Assembly (NCBI GenBank): GCA_963693365.1
Contig: CAVNZM010000001.1
Span: forward strand, 2,434,907 to 2,498,906
DNA length: 64,000 nt
Direction of reading: 5' to 3'
Origin: Amoebidium appalachense
Taxonomy: Eukaryota > Protista > Ichthyosporea
The notes under the pieces: model-generated
Seen by the model: only the letters and a program-made list of their open reading frames with translations
Told to the model about the DNA's origin: nothing
Databases searched by the model: none
Translations under genes and position numbers: made by a program
Shown: positions 21,032 to 35,696 of the stretch, piece after piece
How the letters are laid out: each line of letters opens with the position of its first letter
How positions within the stretch are numbered: the first letter of the stretch is position 1

Positions 21032-21550
21032 ACACACCATTCCCTCACCCCCCTCCACCAACACTGGCACACACGTGCGCACACACACCCTCCCCCTCCC
21101 CCCCCCCCCCCCCCCCCCCCCCCCGCACACACACACACAGACACAGGCACTGTTGCGGTGCACACAGCCCGTCGATGTTGCTCCCTTTTCACTCACTCCT
21201 TAGTATCCTTGAAGGCCCTGCATTTTCCAGCATGATCTGCTGCTGCAAGACTATAGCTTTTGAATCAATCCACATCTAAAGATATTCTATTTCAGGCAAA
21301 TTCAAAGCAAAACTCTCGCATTTCGCCTACTAACCAGTCGTGGAATTTTCAGAGCACCCACCCCAATCAACCCCAAGCCCCCAGTTGGATGCGGCCCCAC
21401 CCACCATTCCCTCCAGCCGAAGTTCCATCGCCCTCTCTCTCTGGCTTTACGGCTGTCGGGGGCATACACTTGCCCGACCTGAGCGAGTTTATGAAGGCGC
21501 CCTTTTCCAACCACGTGCACAGGTTTGTGGATATGTTTGTGTCGGGGTGA
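14078..21550 (+). CDS. Hypothetical low-complexity (Pro/Gln/Ser-rich) protein, about 7 exons; 3' end uncertain
   Basis: Phase-compatible GT-AG exons 14078-14187, 14322-14384, 16281-16347, ~17752-17849, 18976-19315, 20100-20210, 21296-21550 (MADQELPEEDYDTDYDERLTQFDL...SQEYYDV...SREYYDV...PFPPLPVPW...). No recognisable domain. Confidence 0.6.
15556..15697. repeat. 71-bp tandem duplication (2 copies, 1 mismatch)
   Basis: TGTTTGGGTCCCACCTTCC...GCAGATGCC at 15556 and 15627. Confidence 0.9.
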
Positions 21551-21678
21551 TCGTGAGGCGACCCATTCGCACTGGTGTTAGGTATTTTTTGGATACAACT
21601 GCAGGCAATTGCTTGATTTTTGGCAATGACATTTAGTTTATAGGGCTGATTACACACTACTGTGGATGTTCAAGTCAT

Positions 21679-21730
<52 letters not shown>

Positions 21731-21782
21731 CCCTCCACTCACACACACCGTGACACACACACACACAAACACACACACACGG

Positions 21783-21851
<69 letters not shown>

Positions 21852-21859
21852 GAAGTGCG

Positions 21860-22045
21860 CACACACGGCCTAATCATCACACGGTTTAGCACTTGAACAT
21901 CACCACTACCACGGTGACTACACAACAACCACAGTCCCACAAAGAAACATACGGGAGGTATAAAAAATAAAAATAAAACCGTGGGAAGGAAAGTAGAATG
22001 TAATCATTTAATCTGTGCCTCGAGTACAACAGCGTAAACATCAAA
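21860..22045 (+). mobile_element. 3'-UTR remnant related to the LINE at 41290-43694
   Basis: TGCCTCGAGTACAACAGCGTAAAC (22016-22039) matches TGCCTCGAGTAAACAGCGTAAAC (43667-43689); both are preceded by an A-rich block followed by CG(T)GGGAA. Confidence 0.6.
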
Positions 22046-22437
22046 TCCTTTCAATATGACGTTTTTTCCCCTTATCTCTGCCGTCTGAGGATCCACCTCA
22101 ACATGTTCCACCAGGTCAGCCGAACTGAATGAAGCTGTTACATGAAATAGTGGGCGCACCGGTCGCACTACACCACACTTTATAGCAAGATTTAACTATC
22201 TTGGTGTGTTTCGTGCTGGTTGAACACCGGTCATCTGGTCGGTGACATCCGGTCAGACTGCTCACCCTAACTATGCAGTAACCCCCCCCCCCCCCCCCCC
22301 CCCCCCCTCCCCCCCCCCCACAAAAAACAACTTTCTCCCTCAACCGGCCACCACCACACACCACTAGCTGGCCCACCACCATCACAACCCCCCCCCCCCC
22401 CCCCCCCCAATACACACATATCCACACACACACACAG

Positions 22438-22493
<56 letters not shown>

Positions 22494-22914
22494 CCACACA
22501 CCCACCCACCATCCCAAGGGCAGACATGGACGTGAGCAACAACTTGCAAATATGAGCCGACAGCCAGATGGATTATTCAATATTGACGAACCGCCCATCT
22601 GACAGCCTGATCGATGCTCAGCTCCGTCGGGATGAGACAATTTCCTTCCGCGTGCATTATTATCACAATTATGAACTAGTGATGGCATGGGCATATCAAA
22701 AAACTAAAAAAAAAAAAAAAAAGTAAGAATCTGAGTCCCGCCGTATGTACTTGCATGTAGAAATTTGGAAGGGTAAATATTATGGCAACAATAAAAAGTA
22801 GGAATATGCTTGCAATTGCGATTGGACTGAATGCTATTGGTCGTACACATACGCGTGTACATGTCCATGTGCTTGGGCTGAATGTCATTGCAAATGCCGT
22901 GTGTGTGTGTGTGT

Positions 22915-22969
<55 letters not shown>

Positions 22970-23945
22970 TTTTTTTTGTGTGTGTGCAATGTCATGGGCC
23001 TGTGGACTGGTGTCACCCCCAGTATGATGCGCGTGTGTACTTGTACATGTGTTGTGACATACATGCACGATTGCAAAGCTGGCCCAGCTGGCCAGCCACC
23101 GTGTGGACAAGTCTTCCGTGGACAGTAAGTATGTAGCCTACCGTAAATACACGTGCGTGTTCACATCGCTTGCCGTATGGGGCGTGTCGACGTGACGCTG
23201 TGTTGTGGTGCTCTCGCCACGTGCACGTGCACAGCCTGCACAATGCACGCGTACGACCTACATGCACATATCATCACGTTTGCCGTGTACGTACGTATAC
23301 CACCGGCGATGTGTAACAAGTGCACGGTGGGCTCGTGCCACCGTCTGTCCGTGGGTGTGCACGCACGTGTCCAACGTGGTGCTGAAAGTGCCGTGTAACC
23401 ACACCGTGTACACCGCGGCAGAATGCAGAGAAATCGTGTCACATTCCACGTGTCCAAGGCGTTGAATCTCTGGCGTACCTGATTGGCTGGTGGCTTTTGG
23501 AACGTGGCTACACGTGCAAGATGGATACCCGTTACGTAATGAAGAAGGCTTGTGACTCCAGATTTCTGGGCCGGTTCTCTCTCAATCTCCCTCAAAGTTT
23601 GGGAAGCAGCAGTAATGATGTCTTCTTGCGGAGTGTGGTCTGGTCAACATCGATGCATATGACTAGTTGGAGCAAACTAGTTTCACGCATACAGTATACA
23701 CGTACACTGAAAGTTTTGCCCGCAGCCTGGTGTCCTTTGTCACTTGTCGCTTTATTTTTATTTCGTAGCTTTGGCTTTTTCAGTTCTATTGGTGGTTATG
23801 TAGCCTGTGGCTGCAGTTGCCTTCGTCAACGGATTAATAAAACCGAGTCAAAAGGAAATTTGCGGACAAAGGTAAAAGAAATATCTAGCCCGATAAATTT
23901 CTATAAAAAAAATAATAATAAAAAATCTGTGGCGTGCATTGCGCA

Positions 23946-23976
<31 letters not shown>

Positions 23977-24979
23977 ACTTGAAGGTGCATATCAGGACAT
24001 CCGAGTGACTGGCGAGAGTCGCCCTGGGAAATCTCTTTCACGTGTACTGTAATTAGAAAAAGCGGTGGTTTCAAATACTGATAATGCGCCAATCAATAAG
24101 GATTTAACTTTCGTATTCATCGCGTGGGCAGATCTCGTGTGACGGCTCAACATGAAAAGATGTAAAAGATATTTAGACTTATTTTGCGAGGAAAAAAGTT
24201 TTCCTTGATGCTTAATCTATTACATGCATTGCTACATTTGCGAGTTAAGCGTCTGTGTTCCCATGGGCTAAAGGCTTGACTGACAACTACAGATGAGCCC
24301 ATGTCATCCATGACCAATTGTTCGTCAACATGGCGTGATTGTGAATCAAGTGTATGACAAAGCGGCTCATTCACACAATCCTATAATTGGTCGAGTTGGG
24401 CTGTGGGAATTTTTGGGAATTCCAAGTTTTATCGCGGAAGTAGGACACCGCCGTTCACACGTGAGAGGTTGTGGATTTGTTATGTGTATAAGAATCATAT
24501 TTTGAAATATTTACAATTTTAAGTTCTGCGAAGTACAGAGACAAAGTATTAGTAAAAAGTCCTGGCACCCCATCAGTCAGTTTTGATGCCCGGGGCAGTG
24601 ATGTAACAATTAAATTTCCAATTTTTGATTGGTAATCTATCATGTACTCACTGAGCACGCTCCATTATTGCAACACGTGTTGCCGCCCTTCAGCTGCGGC
24701 GGGAGGGGCTGCGAGTGGCTAATATTCAAAGTTGCCGTGTGAGCCTCCCGCCGCTGGCAGCCCGGGAATTCGGCAGAATTCAGTCACACTAACCACAGCA
24801 AAGGCACAGTGCACTATGAAAAGAGTCACACTCACGTCAGATGACACATCAATTGATGCTCGGAGATGTAAAAACGAACGTGAGGAGTTGTTGGTTTGTG
24901 TGAGATTCAGTCTACTTACTTAGCATTTTGCAAAGGACTTAGGTAGAGTGAATACGGAGTAGAAGCCACTGAGAAAAAA

Positions 24980-25660
24980 AATGGAGCAACCAACATACAA
25001 ACGAAGACATGCAGGGGACCCAAATCCTCAACCAAAAGCTACACACGCTGGCCTGACAAAGTCCCCAGAAATTGCTTCCCTTTTCTTTCTTTTTTTCACA
25101 CTGAAGCTTTTTATTGCTGTGCTTTACAACCTAGTTTCCACATGGTGCACAGAGGCAGACAACGCCCTGACACGAGGGATTGAGTTTCCAGAACCTTTGC
25201 CATCCCGAGAGAGGTTTGGTGCTTCTGGTGACTTCGAACAGCACGCCAGCCGCTGGAGACGCACCGCAAACCACATGTCCTGTCTTTTTTCAGATTTTCC
25301 TGAATACCAACAGAGAATGAAGGCAACCTCTCGGGCTAGGGAGGATGGTAGCTTGTAGGACTGGACCATGTGCATGCACGGCTTAAGTTACTCTCAAGTT
25401 GCACACATTTTTGATGTACAGAATTCTGAGTTCACTGTCTCTGTGGCTGTTTTTTGGACTTACACATCACGTTTCTGAGGTTCTAGCACCGCAACACATT
25501 GCGTGGATGGCTACGACTCCCAGCAATACCGGTTAATTGGAGCGTTATCGAGCAAATCATGGGGCCGTTGGCAAACGAGCGGCAAGTTTTTCTACAATCC
25601 AGAGTGCGTTTGAATGGGGTGTAGGCAACGTAGCAATATCGGGCTTCGATTGCCAATTCC
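24980..25660 (+). pseudogene. Possible decayed DDE transposase (PIF/Harbinger or ISL2EU-like) fragment
   Basis: Broken frames give HGLSYSQVAHIFDV (HTH-like) and CVDG (first DDE-like motif) in a microsatellite-poor stretch; weak similarity only. Confidence 0.25.
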
Positions 25661-27030
25661 TACGTGAAGCATGGTAATCGGCCTGGCTGGAGCATTTTTT
25701 CAGAATCTATCAGTGGTTTCTCCTTTATTCTGCTCCACGGCTGGGAGTGCTCGGCAGATTCGCAGTATGCCAATGAAGACATGCCAGCCACGGCCGCCGA
25801 TCGGGAACTCATATACACACCGATCTTTGTACACGCACTGATCTTTGTGTGTGCGTGCACAGATGATGTGTGTTTTGGAATTAAGTAGGCATTTACTTTG
25901 TGACTTGTTGCTCTCACACTTGAAATGTCACCTGGTGCTCCATGCTTTTGCTTCCTCTTTTTCTCTCTCTCTCTCTCTCTCTCTCCGTCAGTCTGTGATT
26001 TTAATGTTTCTTTAAGCGCATATTTTTTAATGTCACTCTCGATTATTATGTAATGGCTTGTAAGGCAATGCAGGCCCATGCGCCAGAGCTCTACAGCACT
26101 ATTATCATTTTTTGTGACGTTCAACATTAGGTGTCTCTCCTTGGACTCATGCACCCATGTATGTGATGCATATTAGCGTCTTTTCTGTGATGTGCCAATG
26201 AATATGGTATGGTTTCAGGTCATACAAAATTTGAAAAAAATGTCTGAGTATGTACATAGGTCAGTGTTATATGTATACTACTGCGAAAAAAATACTACTG
26301 TGGGGCCAATCCACCGTAGCACTTGATATATATATGAAGGTAACGAACTATGTAGTCCCTCTGTGAGGGACCTTATTGCGAAACAGGTGTATAAAATACC
26401 GTTGTTACCAGCCAACTTATGTGGTGTGTTGATTATTTATATTTTTTGGCACTGATGACGTGTGTCCATGTGCCGGCCATGTTTTACAGCTTGCTGTTTC
26501 AGGGCCGAAAACATGCAACTACAAGTTAGATATTAGTGTTTGCATGCATGGCCTGTGCCAGCCGTGTACATGTCAAAAATTAGGAAGGGATTAGTAATTG
26601 GTGTTCTAAGGCGGTGCGAAATGCGTGGCTCAAAGGAGGTGGGGAGGGGGGGATTGAATTGAGTTGCTAACTAATGATTAGCCCCAGGACCCCCCCCCCC
26701 CCCCCCCCCCCCACCCCCACGACGCCTAAATGACAGGCCTAGGCAGGCTGCCGTTATATTGATTATAACCCACTACGCGTTAATTGGACGTGTCGCTATG
26801 ACCAATCGCGTTCCGTCGAGATTCTTTACATCCCGTGCAACATCCGATAGCGTTCCCCGACTTTACTGTGTTTAACTGAGCAGTCCTCCCCCCCCCCCCC
26901 CTCCCCTCACCCTCCCCACCCGATCCCCACCCTTCGGGACCAAGGTGAGTTTCGGTAGACAGGTAGATGGAGCTGGATGTGTTTCGGGGTGGGGAAAGGG
27001 GTGAATTAATGGGTTTGTGTGTGGAGAGGG

Positions 27031-27081
<51 letters not shown>

Positions 27082-27585
27082 TATGAATGAGAATGAGAAC
27101 CTCCGCCGGTATAACGGTAATGATTGGGGTGGCGAGGAACGTGTGTGCACTTGTTACGTGCCTAAGGCTTGCAAATGATGGTTATGTGGTCTACGGTCGA
27201 CTTATGTACATGTGTCGTGGATTTGTTTAGTTTTCCGAGTTAAAAAAAAAAAACACCTCCTCAACACCATTGGCCAAGGAGATGAGTTGCACATGCGACT
27301 CTTTGAAGCGAGTAGCTACTATAGGTACACGTGTGTCCACAGGCTGTTTTGGTATTGGCTACTGGCCATGGCATGAGCTCGAGTTGTACATATATATGTA
27401 CATATTTTTATATCATATGCATACAGGCGATTTACATTTTTCCATATGACATGTATATACGCGTGGGCGATTTTATATTTTTCCATATGATATGCATATG
27501 GGCGATTTGTCAACGGGTCTTCAGTACTTTTAAGACATCAGGGTCTCAACAAGTTGCTACTGTGCACTTCGGCTATCCTCTCTTA

Positions 27586-27617
<32 letters not shown>

Positions 27618-28060
27618 CTGTTCCCGGCCTCCTCCTCCCCCCTCCCCTCCCCCTCTCCGTCGCCCCAACACACACACACACCGAAGGCCTTGCATTATGG
27701 AATCAATGAATGTGCATGCATGTGAGGCCACAATTGCAACACAATCGATATTCAAGACTCTCTTCACGAACTCATGCCATCGGATTGTTAATACTACATA
27801 ATATGTGCTGTGGATGCGGCTACAAGCTGCCGGCCGCGGCAGCCGCGGAGGCAGGCGCACTGTACATAGCTGCATGCACAACCATTAATGCTATTTAGGA
27901 AGGAGAGGCACATGGTCCGGGAGGAAGGGGGCGGATGAATGCATACATATAAGGGACTCGCCAGCTGTAGGTACTTGGTGGTGGTGCCAGGTACAGTACC
28001 GGTGGCGATGGTGGCGATGGTATGCACGGGCCGGGTGCAGTGTGCACGTATCATGCACAC

Positions 28061-28130
<70 letters not shown>

Positions 28131-28221
28131 GGGGGGGGGGGGGGGGAGAGGGAAGGAGGGGGAGGGGGGGGGGGGGGGGGGAGAGAGAGAGAGAGAGAGA
28201 GAGAGAGGAGGATTGGGGGAA

Positions 28222-28256
<35 letters not shown>

Positions 28257-28911
28257 AAACTCTATGCGGCATTTTAAACTTGGCAGGTGCATCCATCCTA
28301 AACGGACATCATTAGATATATTTTTTTGATCGAGTTCGGTCAGCCTTCTTAAGTTGCAGAGGGAGCGCCAACGAGCAAAAGTTTCAAATGATCTCACACT
28401 GTACTGTAACTATATTAGTACTCTGACCCGAAATCATTGCTATCGGTGTAAGATTTGACGCACCACCCGGTAGATATAATACGTGGCATTTTCACGGCCT
28501 ATATTTGGAGATATAGATTGAGAGCCTGCCCCTCGTGTGCTTGATTCAGCACGACCCGTGACATCCGGGAGAGCCTCCGCAGGTGCCTCCAAAGATATAA
28601 AAGTATAAGGAATCACACAAATCGTATACCGAGTGTACCACAAGACGGTATAACTATGAGGTGCTACAAGTTGGGACGAGGTATATGAAATGCTACACTT
28701 GGGACGAGATATATTTAAAACACCAACCCAATACCGTGTTACTAAATTATACGTAGGGCAGCGTTTAGCAGGATATCTATCACTGAGAAACCCACCGACG
28801 TGAGAGTCACTACATATCAGCTGGAAGTTAGTCTACAAGCAGCTTATTTAGAGCAAGCTAAGATATGCTATCTCAAAATAAAATTTTAAAAACACACATC
28901 TATTCCCTCGC

Positions 28912-28943
<32 letters not shown>

Positions 28944-29154
28944 CCCCCCACAAAGCAAGGTAGGAGAGCTTCATTGCACATACTGGGTGGGTCTCTACGT
29001 TAGCCCAAAAAAAAAAAAAGGATTCGAGAGAGCACCATTCTAATGCCATTTGCACGTGATGGCTGTCGACTATCTTATCCATAAGGGCAACTAATATACT
29101 TAGCCTATCCCAATGCCATACATCCGCATGTGTTTATGCATCTGGGCTTCGAAA

Positions 29155-29193
<39 letters not shown>

Positions 29194-29451
29194 CCCACCC
29201 TTCCCTGGGTCTTTAGGCTTTGCCCCAGTATATCCCCCTCCCTCCTGTCAATCAATCCCCCCCCCCCTCCCCTCCCCCCCTTTCCCCCGCGGGTCGAGCA
29301 AAAAAAGGAGAAAGAAAGTCCGACTGAGAGACAAACATCTCCCGTTCATCTTTAACAAACCCCCTGCCCACGCTAAAACAAATCACAAGATGAGTCAGTA
29401 CCTCACACAATTCTCGTCCTATAATACGGCGGAGCAGATGATTAGTCGCGT

Positions 29452-29764
29452 CTAGCGAGCACTCATCATCTCCTCGACCTTGGCCATTGCGAACTCAACC
29501 GACTCTCCCAGGAGGGCTCTCTCCCTTGCAGACATATTGCGCGGCAGGAATGTGCGGAATTTGAACGTGGTCAGGCCAGTGCTCATGCTCTTGATCTCCA
29601 GGCTCTCAAACTCTGCGCCCAGGGGGTTAGCAAGTGATACGTGCATAAGGCGCCACAGCGGATATGAGGATGGCAGTGCCGTTACAAGGTATATTCATGT
29701 CGAGTGTGGAGGTGCGGATGCATGCATCCATTCCCCCCCCCCCCCTCCCCCCCTCCTCTCCCTC

Positions 29765-29801
<37 letters not shown>

Positions 29802-31368
29802 ACGCGCGGAAAAAACTACGCCTCATGATATGCCTACGTCATTATGACAAGGTGTCCCAGCTTTCAACAGAAACGAAGAACACGTTTCGCAAGTGCTGTG
29901 TCACTAGTCGCCACCCCCCCCCCCCCCCCCCCCCTCCCTGGCATTCAACCTCCGTACCCCTTGAGCCCCTGTGATAATCCATAGTTTGGCTAACTCAGAG
30001 GCAGTCTCAAGTTAATGGCACTGTGTATTAGAGTGATGTTTCTGCACCCTTCTTGCAGCACAACGAGGGGAACTGTATGGTGGAAAGAGGTTCCAGGGGA
30101 GGAAAGGAAGGGGTGAAAGCCTTATTGGTTGGGCCCGGTTTGGGGGGGGATCAACGTGTGACGGCTATGCAAATGTCCATTTCTTGTTGCTTTTCTGCGT
30201 TTATGTGTTCTACAAATAAACTGTGTATGTGTATCTATCAATGTGTGTGCATGTGTGTGTGTGTGCACGGCTGCGCTTGCGGGTGTGTGATTGTGTGCTA
30301 GTAAGTGTGCCTGTGTGTGTGTGCGTGCATGCCATATGTGCGTAGGTGTGCGTGTGTGTGTCTGTACTCATGCAAGCACCAATGCTGGTATAAGGGATGC
30401 CGAAGGAGCTTGCCAGTGGCAGCAACAAATTGCCTAGCGAAAAACACAGCGCGAAATGGTTTGTTTCTTGGCCTTTTCCTTCTTCCCGTTCTTTTATGTG
30501 TACTTGTAGGGGTGAGCTGACTCGCATTCAAAGTGTAACCCACAATGCACCCACAGCATGATCTTTATTTGCAGGGGTTTGATAAGAGTTGGGGAGCGGT
30601 GGAAGGGTGGGCTAATGGGGACAAGGTGGGTTCCGGAGTAGGAGGAAAGAGAGGAAGGTGGACAAAAGGGCGGGAGAGGGGGTGGGGAGGAAAAGGGGGA
30701 GGAGAGAGTTGGGGGAGGGGAGGGGGGAAGAAGGAGGTTGCAAAAATATGACACTTGGAAAGTTAAAGCCATACCAGCATCACGGTACGCCTTTGCGTCG
30801 GGTTCGTCGATGCAGCAGAAAAATGGGCCCGTGAACAGACATGCTTCAATGGTCGGGTCTATGCCCAGCCACTCGGCCACCTCCTTGCCCTTGAGCAGCC
30901 GTCTGTGCATCAACTTCGTGTTGCTTACCACCGTGCCCCGGTCGCCTAGCAGCGCTAGCAAGTGCTTGCGCGGTATCGGCTCCTTCAGCGTGGTAACCGG
31001 TTTTTTCTTCTCGCTGTGCCCTGCACGCCTAATAGTGCCCTTTGCCTTTCTGGCCAGACGCCGCATGAACACCTTATTCTCGCGCTCTGTCATCTCAACG
31101 TTCTCTGTGCGTAAACCTCGTATTTGTTCTCTGATAGCGCCTCCTTTTTCTCCTCCTCACACCACATGGGCACATCTGGATGCAAGGTATAATCGTCGTC
31201 ACTGTCCAGTTCGCAGATAGTGTCCCATCCTTTAAACGTGCCGTCCGCGTTCCACCCACGCGTGCTCCCGCCAGGCATGGCCTCCAAAAGCTCGCTGCCT
31301 GTCCAAATGGTTTTCTTTTTCGGCCGGGCGGCCTGTGTGTTTGTCTTTAGCTGTGAAAGGGCTGACAT
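29452..31368 (-). CDS. Spliced orphan gene of unknown function, first exon split by a frameshift or ATGA overlap
   Basis: ORF 31368-31090 overlaps by 4 nt (ATGA) an ORF starting 31093 that splices in frame: 31093-30775, 30433-30368, 29612-29452 (donor GTATGG; branch GCTAAC before the last acceptor), giving ...KAYRDAG|NLLLPLASSFGIPYTSIGACMK|FESLEIKSMSTGLTTFKFRTF...SAR*. Confidence 0.6.
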
Positions 31369-31948
31369 TCTTTCGAGTGACCTTTGGGAGAGATAATCGG
31401 TGGGCGTTTTTAAAGTTCACAGGAAAAATCGCAATAGCTATAAAGCTTCACTGCGTAATCAAAAAAGAAGCAGAAAATCACGTTTGCACAGTGTTAAGGT
31501 CTGAGCCACTGGACTGAGCAGCAGCTGCGCAGATTATGGTGGCCGGACAGGCCGATAACCGCCTGCCATGCAGTGATTGGTTGGTTTCCGGTCCTGGCGC
31601 CAAAAATGAGTGCGCACCCAAAAATAGTAAAACTGTGAGCCGCATTTGCCCAAACAAGGCAATCACGCATTTCAGTTTTGGTCGGCCAATTTTTTTTTTT
31701 TTTGACGTTCGACGGCGCGGCGAGGCGAGGTTTGCTGGTGCCAGTGGTGGGTTAGCTTGGCTGAAACAACGCATAGGCTCGGCATGCCCTTTAGTGAGTT
31801 CAAAACTTGCATATATATACTCTTTCGATAATTTTAGTGTGCCCCACGCCTTGACGTAACTCCTAGATGTCACTAAGCACGGCCATCTTTGCCTACTCAG
31901 TTCCGCTAAAGAACCATCCATGCATCAGGCTGGCCTTAGGTGTTTAGA

Positions 31949-33902
31949 ATGACCTTACTGGGCTGGCTGGCTGCTGTTTTTACAGCATGGATTGACATGC
32001 TTCTGGACCTCTGGTGAGAAATCCCGTTGTTGTGCTATAGAATCTAAAACAGATTTTACTACACTTTTTCTGGCTCAAACCGTGTTGCTTTTAACGTGTT
32101 TTCTAACAGCATGATCAAGGAACCTCGGCTTTGTCTTTGCATTTGTGTTTGACTGTTGGCCAAGTTTGGGTTTAAAGCCTTATATTTGTGAGTCACAATA
32201 TTTTGGCTGCTGAACGGACACATGGTCAACACATGCACAACTGGGTTAGACGATAATGTTCATCTTTCTCTTCGTTTAACACGTCTAGCTTGTCTGATCT
32301 CCGTGGCTAGTACTGCAACCTGTCACACTGATGCCTTCGCGCTTTTTTACACTCTACGCCGTGCCTTCACAGGCTACCCAAGAAAGCCCATCCACACGTA
32401 GGGGCCACTGAGAGGACAGCAGTGGTGGGTGGTGGCATAGCGGGTTGTGGGGCAGCATGGCACCTTCACAAATCGGGCACCAAGGTATGCGCCCATCTGC
32501 TCCTAGTGGTGGTCTGGTGTTTAGGTGGTGAATATTATTCAGAAGTACCTCCCCTCTGTTACCCCCCCCCCCCCCTCCCCCCCTTCCCCCCCCCCCCCCC
32601 CCCCCCCCCCCGCGCTTCCCCTACTTCTCCCCTTTCGAAATAACCACGGCTATCCTTTCACTTGACCCCCCCCCCTCCCCCCCCCCCCCCCCCCTTCTTC
32701 CTCGGGCCCCTACGTGCCCCCAAAACAACCTCACACTAATATAAAAGGGAGGGACGAGAATTCACACTGAGCGCACACAGGAAGCTGCGGGCAGTCGTTC
32801 AAAGGGGAGCTGGGGAGCAAGAGGGCTCAGAAAAGGGGGGAGGGGGAGGGGAGGGAGGGGGGGGGGGGGGGGGGGGGGGGGGGATTATGTGATGGTTGGG
32901 AGTAGAGGGCAAAAAACGTTGAGGAGGCAGCGTGGATTTTCTGATTTGTAGCAGTTGGTAGTTGGCCGGAGTAGACAATATAGCAGGTGTAGGTCAGGGA
33001 TGGCTTTGGCCAGAGACAGGGAACTAAGCGCAGCCAATCAACCCCCCCCCCCCCCCCCTTCCCCCCCTCCCCCACAAGAAAAAATGCCAATAAAAAAGTA
33101 AAAAATAAAAGGGAAGGAAGAAGACATTTTTACACTGCCCCCACCGCCATATCCACCACCACTACCATCACGTTTACACACCCACCCTGCCTTATCAAGT
33201 CTCCCTGCAACCCTTATAACCTTCATCTGCATGACTGCTGCGCTGGTTAGATCTTTTGCTGTTTTCTTTATGTTAACTTTATCAAGTGCTTGATAATCCA
33301 TCTCACCTTCCCTCCCCTCTGTAGGTGGTTCTATACGAGGGACGCGAGAAGGTGGGAGGTAATGCACGGACACACCAGTTTACGGAGAATGGGAAAACGG
33401 TCACTACTGGGCTGAGTGTGGTAGGTGCACCTTTAATATTATTGGTGGCTTGGCTGTGCTGCATGGCCTATCCTTATATGGGTTGTAATCTGCAACCGCC
33501 GAAGCAGTAGATAGGTTTGACAAAGAGTCCGTGGTAGTCAATGGCCATGGAGCTATCTGAATGTAGCTGTGGGGTATGCGGCACCAAAAAAAGGCAATCA
33601 GTATTGTTGTATACCATTGGATGATCACAGGGACAATGATACCCAACCGTGGTGGACGTCGTTTTTTTGGGGGGTTTGGATCCTCGGGACGAGAACATAT
33701 ACTACATGCGAGAGGCTACATGGTAGTATAGAAGATCTTCTTCCTTCATAGTCTTAATGCAGAAAAACAATCCATGCATGCTCGGCGGTGTAAAAAAAAT
33801 TTCACCAACTTCATGTACGGTTACTTATATGGTGCACACAAACACACACGAACACACATACACACACACAACCACCCACCCACCCACCCAACAACACACA
33901 CA

Positions 33903-33990
<88 letters not shown>

Positions 33991-34918
33991 CCTCCCCCCC
34001 CCCCCCCCCCCCCCTCCCTCCCCCCCCTCCCCCGCAGTTAGCGTGGCCCCGTGATTACTTCCGCCACTATCGACACCTTTTAGACACCCTCCAAATCCCA
34101 ATCACCCCGGTCAGCCTACCATTTTTCATCCACGTGACAGACGGACAAAATGGGGTGTTTGCACATGAGATGGACAGTGAATTCAAGAGGAAATACGGGG
34201 GGGATGTGGAGAGGTGGAACAGGATGGTGAGGTTTGTGCGTGCAACAAACGAGGTGGGTGGTGGCTTGCAAGATGATGTGGAAAGGTGGAGTTAGTGTAT
34301 GGTGGTGTGTTGGGTGAGGTGGTGAGGTGGGGTGAAGGAGGGGGAGGGGGGAGGGGGAAGGGGGGGAAGGGGGGGATGTGTGTGTGAACGTGTGTATGTG
34401 TGGGCTATTGAGGGGGGGAAGGGAGGGGGGGGGGGGGGGTAGGTTTTCAAGCAGCATGTCAGGTCAAGAATGTGTGTGTTGAGTCTAGGTCAGATCAGTG
34501 CAAGTCAGTCAGCGTTGTCAAGGTGAGGGGTGGGGTATGGTTATCTGGTGATGCAGCGGGATAAAAGGAGACGAACAGAGGTGGAGTGGTCGGGATGGGA
34601 ACTGCCGAGGTTATGGTTGTGGGTTGTAGGGATTGCCGTGGGGCAGGTGTGCGCTGTGGTGGTTGGGCGAGAGGGCAAAAACCCGCGCAGGGGGGGGGGG
34701 GGGGGGGGGGGAGGGGGGGGGGGGGGGGGGGGGGGGGGAGGGGGGAGGGGGGGGGGGGGGGGGATAAGGGAAGTTCCTGTTCCTGTGGGGCAGCTTGAAA
34801 GATGTTTGGTGAGCAGAAGGAGAATTTACCAAAAACAAAACACAAGAAAACGGAGGAGGTTCAGGTGGAGATTTATCTACTTTTTTTTTCTCCCTCTCCT
34901 CCATTCCTCTTCTTCCGT

Positions 34919-34949
<31 letters not shown>

Positions 34950-35374
34950 GAGAGGGGGGGGGGGGGGGGGGGGGAGGGGGGGTGGGTGTGAGCGTGTGGG
35001 AAGGGAGGGGGAAGGGGGGGAGTTGTCGGGGGGCCGGGATGAGCCGACAGTAAGGGTGTTACAGTTCTTCAACGGACCCACTGCTTCGCTGTACCACATG
35101 TCTGTGTTCAACTTCCTGAACATAGTGTCACTGCGCACAGTGGCTTGGCTGTTTGGGGTGTCGACACAGTTCTGGGACTATGTGGTGGTGGCACTCTATA
35201 GGTAGGGCAACTTGTGGGTGGATGGGTGGGTGCGTGTGTGCGTAAGTGTTGGAGGAGGGGAGGGGAGGGGGGGGGGGGGATGTGGGTGGGTGTGGGTGGA
35301 TGTGGGTGGGGGGGTGGGAGGGGTGAATGGGTGGGGTGGGTGGGGTGGGGTGGGGGATTGGGTGAGGAGTGTGT

Positions 35375-35405
<31 letters not shown>

Positions 35406-35654
35406 GGAGGGGTCTTTTTGGGGGGGGAGAGGGGGGAATGGGGGATGGGGGGTGGTGGCATGGGGCGTGGGGGCGTGTGGGGGGGCTCTGTTAGGGGTGG
35501 GGGGATTTGGGGAGGTGGGAGGGGGGGACGGGTGAATGGGTGGAGGGGCAGGGGTGTGGGTGGGTGAGGGTGTGGGGGTTTCGGGGGGGTGGGTGGGGTG
35601 CGGGATGGGGCAGGCATGGTCGGGGGTGGAGGGGTATTTTTTTTTTTTCCCCCT

Positions 35655-35696
<42 letters not shown>

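Noticed and set aside
27400-27510. CRISPR-like array (also considered at 53730-54062)
   Set aside because: Degenerate tandem units without unique spacers, no cas genes, eukaryotic context.
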